From: Akkermansia sp.
GTDB lineage: Bacteria; Verrucomicrobiota; Verrucomicrobiia; Verrucomicrobiales; Akkermansiaceae
Direction: 5' to 3'
Length of the DNA stretch: 64,000 nucleotides
Assembly: GCA_045579245.1 (NCBI GenBank)
Contig: JAZNLU010000044.1
Span: 1,243 to 65,242, forward strand
The position numbers were made by a program, and so were the translations under genes. Position 1 is the first letter of the stretch, and each line of letters begins with the position of its first letter. Shown piece by piece: positions 48,701 through 58,400 of the stretch. The notes under the pieces were generated by a model that had not been told where the DNA came from, made no database searches, and saw nothing but the letters and a program-made list of their open reading frames with translations.

Positions 48701-48705
48701 TTCAT
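39793..48705 (-). CDS. Giant surface protein: signal peptide + peptidase S6 (IgA1-protease/SPATE-like) domain + PATR (autotransporter-associated beta-strand) repeats + PEP-CTERM anchor
   Basis: 2970 aa, with N-terminal MKLHLPLPLRRFLSLVVMSVATLG. The S6-like triad contexts are TVSVQHNG, FDHKVTRMSKLITDVE and AQGGDSGSPILVYN. Long G/T/S/N-rich beta-repeat sequence follows, and the C-terminus is AVPEPTTATLSLLALAGLLSRRRRK. Confidence 0.85.
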   Translation of the reverse strand: MKLHLPLPLRRFLSLVVMSVATLGSGTLDAAVMNSDVSFVTYADFGQNLGRYKTDDTANALLKHLRSEAGGVALVYSGGQADFVLPHEMANFTGTTRDGAFLALGHNATVSVQHNGVTQGGFTANYIGAENALFYQGIEYRVDNSATFLNSPNGGYDNRNDGGFDHKVTRMSKLITDVETATLFSGTSAEMREYVQGELLYHAGAGSMGLYDTASGQTSGLCGAYVYIIGGVDRVDSTSAGGKDGVGDIIKTTFTTEGYYSVSSSEPLPFSAQGGDSGSPILVYNEKTAQYEYVGAVAYITTNTTFTWGAVSYVDKVLNDYDKVVSSESNVLHIGAVNEAGTVVSADNVAFNYGMGQTVSSTPWRGKVTDASGNVVQSFVGVKNGTDTWKDLSDVIDKDNWYAYDNTYLNAAPYIEGKNATDGKGLTYADLFLTENLVFKAGAATTDVVLDATVDLGIGYAQFSLGDNMTSARFNISSGGDGSHQFNHAGYVIDAGVEVHSTLTGSANHVYEWRKTGEGALYIEGSGNNLVLLNVGGRGATYLNRDNGYAAYNVLANTHATVVIADKNQIARDFTFGHEGGVLDMNGNSMTWNNDNNAAADGFTIHALDENAVIANMKENSETTLTWTQGGEQTFLGSFRDDGDTAVLKFVYDGGTDSKLTLNSVFTELRSAGSGMVVNSGTLVLQGTNTVHGLGSATGRSAERYFNEQDWHYADATSDVTVKKDAVFELGSHARLTGDVSVESGGTFVMRESVQHKMEYIEGGERPESTDAISAYHGLKGDVSLAAGADMLVEYGKGVTADATYAGDISGEGNVSVNLGNADISLTLSGDNTFSGKKSVVNGGLIGETAASLGDTSANKWVIGENGWIASHAESGQELLNRIDTSSVGTLALSADTNQQLDISRHTGLYLGAEAGTTVQYGTAGTSEALQAVDGAWRLGGGGGKLVVNYVLSGSYDLLLGGGSEASGVVHLANTANQLDGSITFNSTGIRLTYEEGALGGAVVGLTYGNGIQVSSASALNNVTGDSEGVALLEGFASDAIDMSKYGSLALGASRDTTYDGGITLAAGQSYRFSSMEGAVLTVNSALAAGHDVVVDGQGGSGGTVILNGAGSVTGAVTVMGHRDGLSGDVTLGFTADNTLNGASSVTVQAGGILDLGSTTQTLRHLSVQSGGMVRGDSDSTLVLEMSDKLTQMGTLQLGQVVKKGAVDMVLGASDNEWKQLSVQEGSLVLAADNALSAMGTTRVESGAVLNLGTKDDLKTKDNVVRKTHGAVVLADGATLLTGSEATDNGTELTGSLSVDAGGRATVSGYHLHLSGVENNIGGGTIDFAASSLHLNTTAEQHIGGTVNIAADTKFHSGGSATDMLKHFNHVNLDSGRTLALEDKTWNTIWQVDKLTGAGTLNWNSDTNHSSTARVLLGGDGGFSGTINMNRSFSNKDRAYQAYLEINGENAVTGATVNLNGSGEASPATLAVNAANVNIGGLNGNAYSHVMAGAAPADSAQTVIPVSTRSASLSFTGSGNYTYSGTIGSTEDKDDAALSLVMKGSGTQTLNGSSIVVNDVSALSGNLNIESAGFRSLGDVAVAQGAALKINDSFALESGRTLSVLSSENSGAQAEFRSALVLNGGVISFDSRALGSTALLNLSGGLSLGNVTEQTIRFDHSYALQTGTAYTLATGNWSALSGKTTASGVDYLTASFTNNADSLQVIFSAREGCLIWNGNTNFGEDSWSSTRFGAQSAAVGSYTTAVFDDTAVNKAVYTENDVSVDRAVFNSSKDYSLASWGGYATIGALQQNGTGTTTLINGVKVTGDTVINAGQLVVKDTSILNETNGTVSGKGTLVIDWAGSGTPNIQGLDTLYIRNGTWGSAGAKAVYAENLIIASGGCYSQGNDSYFGNIIAEGGSVQMVGGALNGTLTQKADMELNVFSGTAKLYSALAQNGYTITQTGSGTVEVDSSSSAVLENYVVDEGKLAFTGKVHTAGTLTVNSGAVLLLANSGSLNAERINLSGTLQLESGASNGYANADIRVTDGAIIKGSSRGNGSSVQGRISGSGTLHLQQVSHIFAIGADISDGENPLSLVVNNTNGVILRGDNTFTGGLTLERGLVRAESAGALGAGDVIIGASGETEFAELELRAYGLESLENIHSLSLKNNAILDLSAADFVTLGGVNLGCDMEVASYAQIQLGNLEQSGKYRIFNLAEGVTLDWENMAGNIYIGGKMVDGLDGASLSVSDGAAWLSFIVAGRTVWNGGATGVWDTSSANWNDTEGCVGDNISFTAGSDVAFASDADITVAEGVTADKLTVDNGVNLRLSGATAQLASVRMGEGSALNMTSAQLAAVSDFVHVGAKAVLTLEDKLSSLSATHVNGSGTVSVAFDDSYAATLQLGSAFTGEAYVRKGTMTLNGAVVGSMLRLADGVNVQFSGNTTATWGANLVLDGTSELHANGGSDFTFTGTVTGAGVYDSRGSGTVKFNGAVNLGGFYQEKGVTVQFNEDAQLGNLTLKAGSVTFAKSAEIGGGSFSGGSLSVTQNATFNGNFDILGNVTLNANRGDTGDWALTGPCIGGTMTVTEGKTLTVTGNSRVQINDGAALVLQDKATVNRTSYGAFYIKGSLATAENANATFRSLDDVHLNYVNTEKGLADTEGSIDVAAGSRLAVQVNNLMAYGKASLNVGENAQLDLSGTKVIKLSTDSKVNLSKNAAVIMPGMEFSNRSTTGTATLSSTQETNYSVGSTAYTLTNGHARHTSENDTLLANRLVNSSVENAGSGKLTVSHADNSLTDVYASAGDLTVLQAATALQLDELVVGESHAVSAYTGTELLEAQEAEIRVSSKAEFAAGARLNANLTLESGSTLKVAQGGVQLGSTLTLQQGLTLDETTLARVNTLSAGESHTLFSGVDTLRLATSESEYQVLSNTDNSILASTYFQNISSNYMLTFTVDKDSAAGGTLSITMAVPEPTTATLSLLALAGLLSRRRRK

Positions 48706-48726
48706 GGTACGTAAAGCCGACGACCT

Positions 48727-48755
48727 ATTATACCATTTTATCTACCCGATAACAA
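48727..48755 (-). promoter_or_regulatory. Sigma70-like promoter with extended -10 for gene 39793..48705
   Basis: On the minus strand: TTGTTA (48755-48750), a 17-nt spacer, then TGgTATAAT (-10 at 48732-48727), about 21 nt upstream of the ATG. Confidence 0.45.
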
Positions 48756-48865
48756 TAAAATAATTGAAACGCGTTGGAATAATTAGCTCTTTTGTCCTAT
48801 TTTTGACAGTTGAATTGATATTTACCGGGAAAAGAGAGCCCGGCGAGCATCAGCGTGCCCGAAGT

Positions 48866-49185
48866 TTCAGCCCCGGTGAGGGGCGGTAGCACCTAGACAG
48901 GTGGTGGAGCTGCGGCAGCGGCGTAACCCCGGGGAAAAACCCGAAACATAGCCCCCCGGTAGAGGCGGCATAAGGCAACATGTTGATTTACAGCGGGTTC
49001 ATTGTCCCGTGTCCGTATCATGGGGCTCATTGTTGCATTCTGCGTTTAGACCTCGTCCCCGCATTATGTCACCCCTCACCGGGGTTCCGATTTGTTTGTT
49101 CCCTTTGCCCCCCCGGGATTCCGCTGCTGACGCAGCTCCATCACCGGGCTACCATATATCGCCCCTGCGGGGCTCTGAGAGAGTT
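48866..49185. repeat. About 320-bp imperfect palindrome (MITE-like element or long structured RNA)
   Basis: The left arm reads ...GGTGGTGGAGCTGCGGCAGCGGCGTAACCCCGGGG...CCCCCCGGTAGAGGCGGCATAAGGC. It matches the reverse complement of the right arm, GGTGATGGAGCTGCGTCAGCAGCGGAATCCCGGGG...CCCCGGTGAGGGGTGACATAATGC. A third copy of the CCCCGGTGAGGGG core lies at 48871-48883. Confidence 0.7.
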
Positions 49186-49217
49186 TGCAGCCCTATGGGC
49201 TGCCATTCTTTTTCACT

Positions 49218-49331
49218 ACCGCCGGCACGGCGGTAATTTCGCTATCCTCGCAGAGGATAATTTCGCTCGAGCCGCAGGCGAGAATTTCGCTGCCCGTCAG
49301 GGCAATTTCGCGTGCCTCCGGCAAGAGGCAC
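49218..49331. repeat. Array of five different hairpins alternating with four conserved AATTTCGC boxes (24/24/21-nt spacing)
   Basis: The boxes are at 49235-42, 49259-66, 49283-90 and 49304-11. The hairpins are ACCGCC-ggcac-GGCGGT, TATCCTC-gca-GAGGATA, CTCG(ag)CC-gca-GGCGAG, TGCCC-gtca-GGGCA and GTGCCTC-cggcaa-GAGGCAC. Stem sequences differ, but pairing is kept. Confidence 0.8.
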
Positions 49332-49422
49332 ATGCTGCGCCATGATGCCTCCGGGCTGTCGAATTCGGTGCGGCGATGCAAACGCGAATGGACAGCCGGT
49401 GGGTATTGGTTCGGCTCTTCTC

Positions 49423-52400
49423 TTATTTCCTGCGGCGGCGGGCGACGAGTGCTGCGAGTGCCAGCAGGCTGAGTGTTGCCGTGGTCGGCTCCGGCACGGC
49501 AGCGGACATCATGGTGATGCTCAGGCTGCCGTTATCCGTCCCGGTATAGGTGAGCACGTATTGGTCACCGGTCAGATTGGTGAACCAGGGGCTCGCCAGA
49601 ATGGAATCCTCGGTCGTGATGGTGGTGTAGCTCGTGTCAGCCAGCTTCAGGCCATCCACGCCGCGGAAGAGAGTGGCGGATTCACCGACAGACAGCCCCT
49701 GAACGCGGGACAGCGTATCGGCCCCCAGAGTAAGCCCTTGATTCAGGGTCAGGGTGCTGCCCATGGTCAGACCGCCCACACCCACTTCCAGCGTAGTCCC
49801 CGCAGCCAGCGTAAGGTTGGCATTGAGCACAGCCCCGGCACCGAATTCGGCGCGCTTGCTCACCGTGACATTCGCTTCCGCAGCGGCGGTCGCTTCCGTA
49901 CCGGTGTAGGCCGATACGGTCTTGCCGGAGGCCACCACCAGCTCATCCAGATTCAGGCCTGCGGCCTGCTGCATCACCGCCATATCACCGGCAGAGGCAT
50001 ACACATCCGTAATGCTGTTGGAGGCATGGCTCACCGTCAGCTTGCCGCTGCCGGCATTCTCCACAGAGGAGTTGACCAGCTTGTTACTCAGCGTGGCGTT
50101 GTTAGTTGCTACACTCTTGAAATGGGCATTTGACACCGCAAAGTTACTATTACCCATGCTGTACGTCTGAGCACTCCGAGCCCCGGTGCTAGAGGCAGTA
50201 ATTGTTGCATTTGCGTCTCCGCGATTGGAAATATGTGCCTTACTCTTTGTCAACTGCAGTTCAGCCTTCGTTTCCATTGAGATGCTGCTGCCGTTATAGA
50301 AGCTGAGGATGTCGACATCCATCGCAAGTCGGCTGTTCTTCCGCAACACGATGCTACCCTTATTGTTACCATTGTCGTAGCTCAGATGCACATCATCTAT
50401 GGATGTGAAAGTAGCGGAAGCGTTTTCCTGAACCTCCATGCTACCACGAATCCAGCTTGCCGCTTCATTTGTTCGTCTAATGGATGCCCCATCTGTCAGC
50501 AACAGTTTAGTGTTAGCCTCCAGCTGCAATCTATCTGTACCGTCAAGAGTCATTCCATTGGATACCGTTACGGAGCCTCCATTGATAAGCAGACTACCGA
50601 GAGTAGTCTGTCCGGCCAGGGTCAGCGAGCCGCCTCCGGCCTTAGTCAAACCAAACTGACTTCCGGAAATCGTACCGGAAATCGTGCCGGAGCAGTTTTG
50701 GGGGGTGCCGCTATTTACATGAATCGTGGTGGATGCCCCCAGCACCACATTGCCCTTCAACTCCGTTCCCGTCTGGGAACTGAACACGAGCTGGCTGTTG
50801 GCAGACATCAAAACAAAGTCAGGATGCGTCTCGCCAAAGGTCGAGCTGCTCAGCAGCACGCGACCGGAATCCACCTGCACCTTGCCGGTCAATCCGGAGA
50901 AATCAAAACCTATGCCATTATCCGTATTCAACACATTATAATTCAACACCACCTTGCCGGAGCCGGAAACATGGTCCAAAGCAGTTGACGTCGTGTTGCG
51001 ATCAGAACCGAAATCGGTCACACGGAGCGTAGCCCCCTCACCCACTTCCATGGCAGCAAAGCCCTTGAGCTGCGTTTCCGTGAAGCTCAGGCTCGTATCG
51101 CCGGAGAAGCTCCAGCTCACATTACTGCCCACATTCAGCGCGCCCGTGATGGTCAGATTACCATTGGTTTTCAGGTTAACCCCATCGGCAACGGTCATAT
51201 TATTCATGCGGATATTGCCCTCCAGCTCCAGATCGGCGTCAGAGTTGAACACCACGTTGTCGTTATTCTTGTAGCCAACGCTCGTCTCCACCAATTCCCC
51301 GGTAGTATCATCCGGGCGGGTGGTCTGCCAGACAATATTAGCCTCATTCTGATTCCATGCCTGCTTGCTCGCACCGCCATTCCAGACCAGATCCCAGCCA
51401 TCTTCAATCGTGTAGGAGAAACCACCGGTCATGCCGAGACTGAGCACCACACGCCCCATGTCAGAGAGCCTCACCCCGTCAATGGTGAAGTTGGAGGCAG
51501 ACAAATCAGTCCAGCCTTCCAGCACACCGCCGGAGATATCAAACACGCCGTATTCCGTGTCTGCCACCATGCCGCCGAAGGCCACCGTCGACTTGTCGGC
51601 AAAGGATATGTGAGTCCCCGTGCTCACGGATATCCGGTGAGAGGCATCCGTGAAATTCAAGGCAGACAAGTCCAGCGTGGCACCATCACCCACTGCCACA
51701 GACGCAGCAGAGGTCAGGATATCCTTTCCGGTTGCGTCCACCGCCAGAGCCCCGGCATTCACGGCAATATTGCCGGCATAAGCACTGCCGCTGCCGGAAA
51801 TAAGGAGTGTTCCCTCACCCAGTTTCGTGATATTGCCGTCACCGTTCAGCGCCGTGCTCACGGTAATCTTGTGTCCGTTCGTATCAAAGGCAGTCCCCTT
51901 CGCGACACCAACGAGGTTTACAGCATTAGACCCACTAATACTGAAATCCGCAGATGCTTTGAGAGTTCCTTCACCCAGATTGACCACAGCACCTCGCGAA
52001 ATATTCTTAATACCCGAGCTGCCCAACGTAACTGTCACGGTTCCACCGTCTGTCTTACCTAAATTAAATTCTCCATCGCGCGCGCTATCGTCATGTCCCA
52101 TCAAATCAATCCCAAGAAGTGTGGCCTCACCGCCAAAAGCGTTAAATGTCCCCTTACTATCGCGGGATGTATTCAACACGGCACCCTCAGCCACTAGCTT
52201 ACCACCGTTGAGTACCAGGGTAGAATTTGATGTCTTCCAATGGGCCAGCAGAATAGAATTACTTGTGCAGGCATCATTATTCATTGCCACATTGGTTGTA
52301 CCCGTAATGTGCAATTCCCCACCGTTGATGTTGATGACGGACGGAGAATCATTACCCGTATTCCCCGAAGTCAGCTGCCTGACAGTCACAACCGCCCCTT

Positions 52401-55400
52401 GCTCCAGATTGAGAGTTTCCTTACCAACAGAAAGCTGATTACTCACCGTCACCGTGCCGCTGATGGTCGTGACACCGCCACCCTTCAGGGTCAGGCCGTT
52501 AAGCGAGGCATCTCCCAGGTTCAGATTTCCTGCGGATTCCTTGTTCAGAGAGCCATTGCCGGTAATGGTATCTATCTGCGTGGTTGTATCGGCGGCATGC
52601 GTCAGCGTCAGCGAGGCACCGCTCATTGCCAGCGTATCGACCTCCAGCGCAGCAGTAGAGCTGAGGGAGCCGGTGTCGATAGCCATGCCCTCTGCCTGCA
52701 ACACCGTCTGCCGAGGTGCAAAGGTGAAGGTACCACTGAGCGTCACCCCGGAAGAAGCAGACAGCACCCCGGCCTCCTCAAAACGGAGCTGACGCGCACC
52801 GCTGACAGCGGCAGATTCCAGCACCAGTCTACCGTTGCCCCTGGCTGTCACCTCTCCCTCCAGGGTAGATTGGCTGATGGTCGCCTCTGCATCCGATATG
52901 GTCAGATTACCGCTGAGCCCGGCACCCTTCTGCAGAGAGAATTGGCCGCCAGCTTCTGCGCGGACATCTGCCGTCACCGTATTCCCCTCCACCGTCAGCG
53001 CGGCATCATTGACCACCACGCCCTCCTTAAAGGTACTGCCGCCGGCATTGCTGAGCTTCAGGTCGCCGCCGTTACCCACCGCCAGAGACGTGCCGGTGAT
53101 TGCCCCGGCTCCGGTCACTTCATAGGCGGATTCCTGCGCACCCAGCGTGCCCACCGTCACCGAATCGCTCAGAGAAATGGTTTCACGGGCTGCGGTGCTG
53201 TTACCCTCTGCCACCCCGGTGGCATCCAGCATCACATTGGCATTGCTGCTGAACGTGGTACTACCCGCTGCGGCATCCGAATACCAGTTGGCATCCGTGG
53301 TGTTCCAGATACCGCTGCCACCCGTGCGCCAATACAGACGATTATCCGCACCCACCGTCAGCACCAGCGCCCCGGCATCATTGACCAGATTCAGACGCCC
53401 GTTCATCGTATCCGCCAGCTGATAGGTCGTGCCGGTTCCGGCCGATGAAATGAGAGTGTAGTTCCCCTGCTCCAGTTCGTTGAAGAGGTTCAAATCCAGC
53501 GCAATGGTGGTCGTACCGGCCGCGATGCTGCTGTTCAGCGTCGTCCAGGTAGCTTCGTCACCGGCTGTCGGCGTGTTGGTGAAGTCGAAATGCAGCGTCA
53601 GAGCACTTGCCCCGGAAATCCCGCCCAGCGCATAATCCCCCGCTCCGCCGAAGCGCAACGTCAGCGCCTCCGTGCCGGTGATGGCGGTGGTTGAAGCCAG
53701 CACGGAAGAGGAAGCCAGCGTGATATCTGCCCCCGCTCCGGCCACAATGCTGCCGCTGAACTGCGGGCTTTCGGCACTCAACGGTGCCACGGCACTCCCC
53801 AGCGAGACGACGGAAGCCGCGCCCACATTCAGCGTGCCGCTGCCGTCAATACCACCCGCCAGCTCCAGCACACCGCCGTTGGCCGTGGCAAGATTGAGGG
53901 AGGAACCGCTCATGCTCACCGTTCCGGTCAGTCGGTTGGTGATATTGTAGCTCTGAATCGTCGCGCCGTTCCCGGCTGCCATATCATTGGCATAGGTGTA
54001 CACCACATCCGTATTGTTTGCCACGCCCGTGCCTGCCAGGCGGAGAATCAGCCCGGCATTCAGCGTCACATCCCCCATACCCAACGCGGTAGAGGTCTGA
54101 CTGACGGCTTTGCCCCCATTGAGACGCAGAGCAAACTTGTCATCATTATTACCATTGCCGTTGGCAATGACAAGATTGCCGAAGGTATTGGCAGAATCCG
54201 CCGTGAAGGTCATGCCCTCATTACCGCGAACGGTCAGCGTCTTGCCCTCACCCAGAATGCACCCGCGCACCGTTCCGCCGAGATAATTTTTGATGGCGTA
54301 GGAGGCATTACCGACCTGCATTTGATCTTGAATATAGGAAACGGTACACGACTGCGAATTACTAACAGAATTTGGATTCAAAACAGGTCCAGCGGACCAG
54401 GAAGCTATGCTCGCATCATCTTTCAGCGTGATATCGCCATACACCGTAGAATCGCCGTCAATGGAAAGCGCACCGGCATTGCAACCGGAGTGTATCAAGC
54501 CGGAATCCGATCCCTTGAAACCGTCACCACTGATGACAAAATCCGTATTCAGGCTCACTTTGACTGCCTTCAGGTAGCGAGTCCCGGAAGTAATGCGAAC
54601 CTGACTACCGGCTTCAATGTCGATAGTGGCATTGTTGACAGCGTTTTTATTGTTCTTGTAAACGTGGTAATCGTCTATAGCCAGATGCGTACCGACATAC
54701 AGTCGGGTATTCCCCATCAGTTTGATGGTACCCTCAAAGGAAGCACTTTGTTCGGAGAAAAGAGCCGCACCGCCTGTGGAGAACTCAACGGTACCGGTGC
54801 CGGTAATCGTCTGAGGCAGGCAGGTACCACCCAATTGCCATCCTGTCCTCTTGACACCGTTTAGGGACAAGGTGCCCCCCTCTGCCACGTAAATAGTATT
54901 ATTGACGGAACCGATACCCCCGACTGACGTAGTATTTCCGATTGCGGTTATACTTGCCGTAACCTTTCCTTCACCAATGGTCAGGCCCCCGCTCCAAGAG
55001 CTGTTGGTCGCCATGGAAAGCGTTCCTTTCCCACCTTTGACAAGGTGCAGAGCAGCAGTATCTGCGGTGCTGTCGAGAACACCATCAGCCAGAGTCGTCT
55101 TCACGCCCTCACTCACATTCAGAAGCACCAGTGAATTGGTCGCACCATTATTACGCAGAGCAGAGCCGCTCTCCATCGTCAGGTTATTCACCGTCAAGCT
55201 CCCCCCGTCCGTGTACAGCACCGCACCTTTCTGCAGCATGACGGAAGATACATTTGCCAGGGCATCCTCATGCCCGACATGGATACCGATATCACCCGAG
55301 CTGTTCGCCGTATCGAGATGCAGACCACCGCCGGCTACAATAGAACCGATAAAGGCATTCTCACGGGCAAAAGTCACGCTGCTGCCCGTTGTCCCCTGCC

Positions 55401-58400
55401 CATCAATTTCCATCGCCTTGGTTCCGTCGAGCACCGTATCCACCGTCAGCTGCCCGCTGCCGCCGAAGCGGTACGTATCGCCCACGGTGAGCGCACCGGA
55501 GTAGGTGTATTCCCCGTTGGCACCAAGCGAAAGCGTGGTTCTGCTCAAATCCAAATCCTCGTTGGTTCCCAGGGCCAGCACACCGGATGCCCCGTCCTTG
55601 ATGATATCCAACTGAGCCGCCTGATACATGGCAAGAGCATTGCTATAGCTCAAGTTCACGCGAGCGGAGCCCAGGGCACCATCGACATACGAAAGCTTGT
55701 TGCCGAAACCCTGTATGTAGATATCACCCGTAAAATCGTTAGCTTTGTTGGTCAGGTGTACCGTGCCGGATGACCACTCATTGCCGATGAGCAAATCCGC
55801 ATTCCCCGTCAGTTTGAAATTCACGTTCAGCGTGCCGGTGCCACCGCCCAATCGCCAGACCTCACCATAGGTGGCATCTGTCACGGTGCTCAGTTCGGCA
55901 TCTGCCGTGCCATAGCTCACATTGCCCCAGGCACCGATAATGAGATTGGAGCGGTCTATGCTTTCGGTTTTAAGCACAAGTTCAGTTGCCTGATCGGTGG
56001 TGAGAGCCAGCACACCGGTAGAATCCACGTGAATGCAGTTGACTAAACTTTGACCATCGAGTCCCTGAACGGCAAGGAAGCCTTTTTCATTGATTGTCCA
56101 CCGAGTGTATGTGGAAACAAAATTTCCGGAATCCGTGACAACCAGACCGCCCTCCTCGACCGTGCCCCGCGGCACTTGCAGCTGCCCGTCCACTACGAAC
56201 ACGCCGCTGCCCTGCTTGGTAAATGGAGCGAACGCCTGCGACGTAATCATGATGCTCGGATTGCTGGGGAGTGGCGTCTGTACGTTATAGTTGTTGATAA
56301 TATTGCCTTTCATCGTTGTGGCAACCGGAGAGTCCGTTGCCACTACCATGGAAGCTTCCCCATTCAGCACCACATTGCCAATGAGCGAGGTGATACCAAG
56401 CTGCGCCATGTCCTGACGCTTGCTGCCGACAATGGATTCAGAAACAGCATTCACCGTCTGATTAATGACAAAACTGCCGCCATCTTCCACATTGACATTG
56501 CCGGTCATGAGCGCATGGTGAGAAAGTTGGAAGGTCGCACCGCTCTTTACAGTAACATCCGAGCCCGACAGCGAGGCGTACGTCCAGTCGTTGCGGTCGG
56601 TCATGTGCACGTGGGGTGTAAGACTGCCCTGCAGCTTCATGGTACCGGCTTCCACCGTGAAACCGCCCGCATTGCTGTGATTGCCGGTAAGCGTCCAGAC
56701 TCCGTTCTCGGCGTTATTGTATTTCACCGCCAGCTGAGCCTTACCCTCACCGCTGCCTTCATCCATGAAACAGCCGGAAAAAGTCCCCGTGCCGGTGTAG
56801 GTGAATGTGGCAAGTCCGGGAGTCTGTTCTCCCAGCGGAGTGAAGTTACCGATACGAGCTCCTTTACCGGAACCATCCTGATTGATGACTCCCCACTCAA
56901 GGTTATGCCCGTTGAGATTCAGCAAGCCGCCGGCATTGCCGAAAGAGAAGGTATCACCCGCCACGGATTTGGTCTTGAACTGACCATCCTGCATCAGCAC
57001 CAGAATGGCCACGCCACCCTCCAGCCGAACGGAGGAAGCAGCATAACCATCCGTGCGATTCAGGCGTGTTTCGCCGATGTTACCCAGCGTGCAACCCGTG
57101 ATATTGCCGTCATCATCGTAGGTGACATTGTACTGCGTTGTACCACCGCCCACGCGAAGAACAGCCTCATTATCATCTGAACCGGCAATGGTCATGATAC
57201 CTTCCCCCACCTTGCGCCATTCTTCTGCGGAAGTGGCCGTCAGCTCCAGCGTGAGTTCTGCGCCCTTGTTAACGACAAAGCCTGCACTGTTGAAAGTGGA
57301 TGCCGCATCCTTTTCGGTGAGTTTCCATTTACCGGATTCATAGGTCATGGCACCGGCACCCATATTCACGGAAGCCTGAAGCTCCAGTGTCTGCACATTT
57401 TCCGTATCTGATGTGCTGAATGTCAGACCGAGAGTATCCTTGTCTGTGTTAGATGAGCCTTTGCCTGTGTACGCCACAGAAACATTGCCCTGCGTCAGGG
57501 TGCCTTTGCCGGTGGTGGCATCCTGCGCACTCCAGATGATGGTCTCCGTCCCGGAAAATTGATCAGCCACCACAGTAAAGGAATCCATGCCTTCCTGCAC
57601 CCTGGTGGGATTGCTGCGCAGCCATGACTGGTTATTGAACTCGGCATTGGTCGTTCCCTGAGAAGTGGCCACCACAAAAACAAAGCGGTTATTTTCCGCA
57701 TCCCAGGCATATTGCGGGCTGCCGCTGTCACCGAACATGTGACCGATATCCAGGGGGGTTCTCAAATCTGAACCGACATCGTACTGTCGGCAATTTGCCC
57801 GGATAAGCCAATCCTTCCCGGCATTCTGAACAACGGAATCAATACCGATGATACCGCCCAGCGTATTGCTGCCGGTGAGGGAGGTAACGATTTCGCCGGA
57901 ACTGTTATATTGTTTCCCGTCCCCCAGACGCCACAGCCAGTCACCGGCTTTGAGCGTGCGAATAAATGCATCATCCGCCATGGGGATGTAGGTCACCTCC
58001 GTCACAATTTTATTGAGACGCTGCACCTCCACATCGGTTGCATAGCTCTTGTAGCCGGTGGAGCGATAAATGGTGGACATATCACCATCTTCCGTCAGGA
58101 ACAGTACGGGGTTTTCGCCCACATGCGAAGCACCTGCGACAAACTGCGGCGTGACAAGCCCACAACCGCCAAATCCCATCAGCACACCATACTGCATGTT
58201 TTTCTCTGTCATTTTCTGCCCATAGCCATCCAGATTCGGCATAATCGGAATAACGGGATTCTGAACAGAAGTGCCGTCTTTATAATAGACTGCAATGTTC
58301 GTGGCTCCCACACCGAATATACCCTTGTTGCGGGCAAAATCCATGTAGTACTGCAGGTCATAGCGCGTGTCCACCATACCGGCGGAAGCGGTGTAGGAAA

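Noticed and set aside
49218-49331. CRISPR array or repeat-peptide (RiPP-like) coding interpretation of the 24-nt periodic region
   Set aside because: The conserved unit is only 8 nt and the variable parts are self-complementary hairpins, not spacers, and there are no cas genes. The three overlapping ORFs show 8-aa periodicity in every frame (e.g. SEILACGS/SEIILCED). This is simply a consequence of the DNA repeat, and none has a credible start context.
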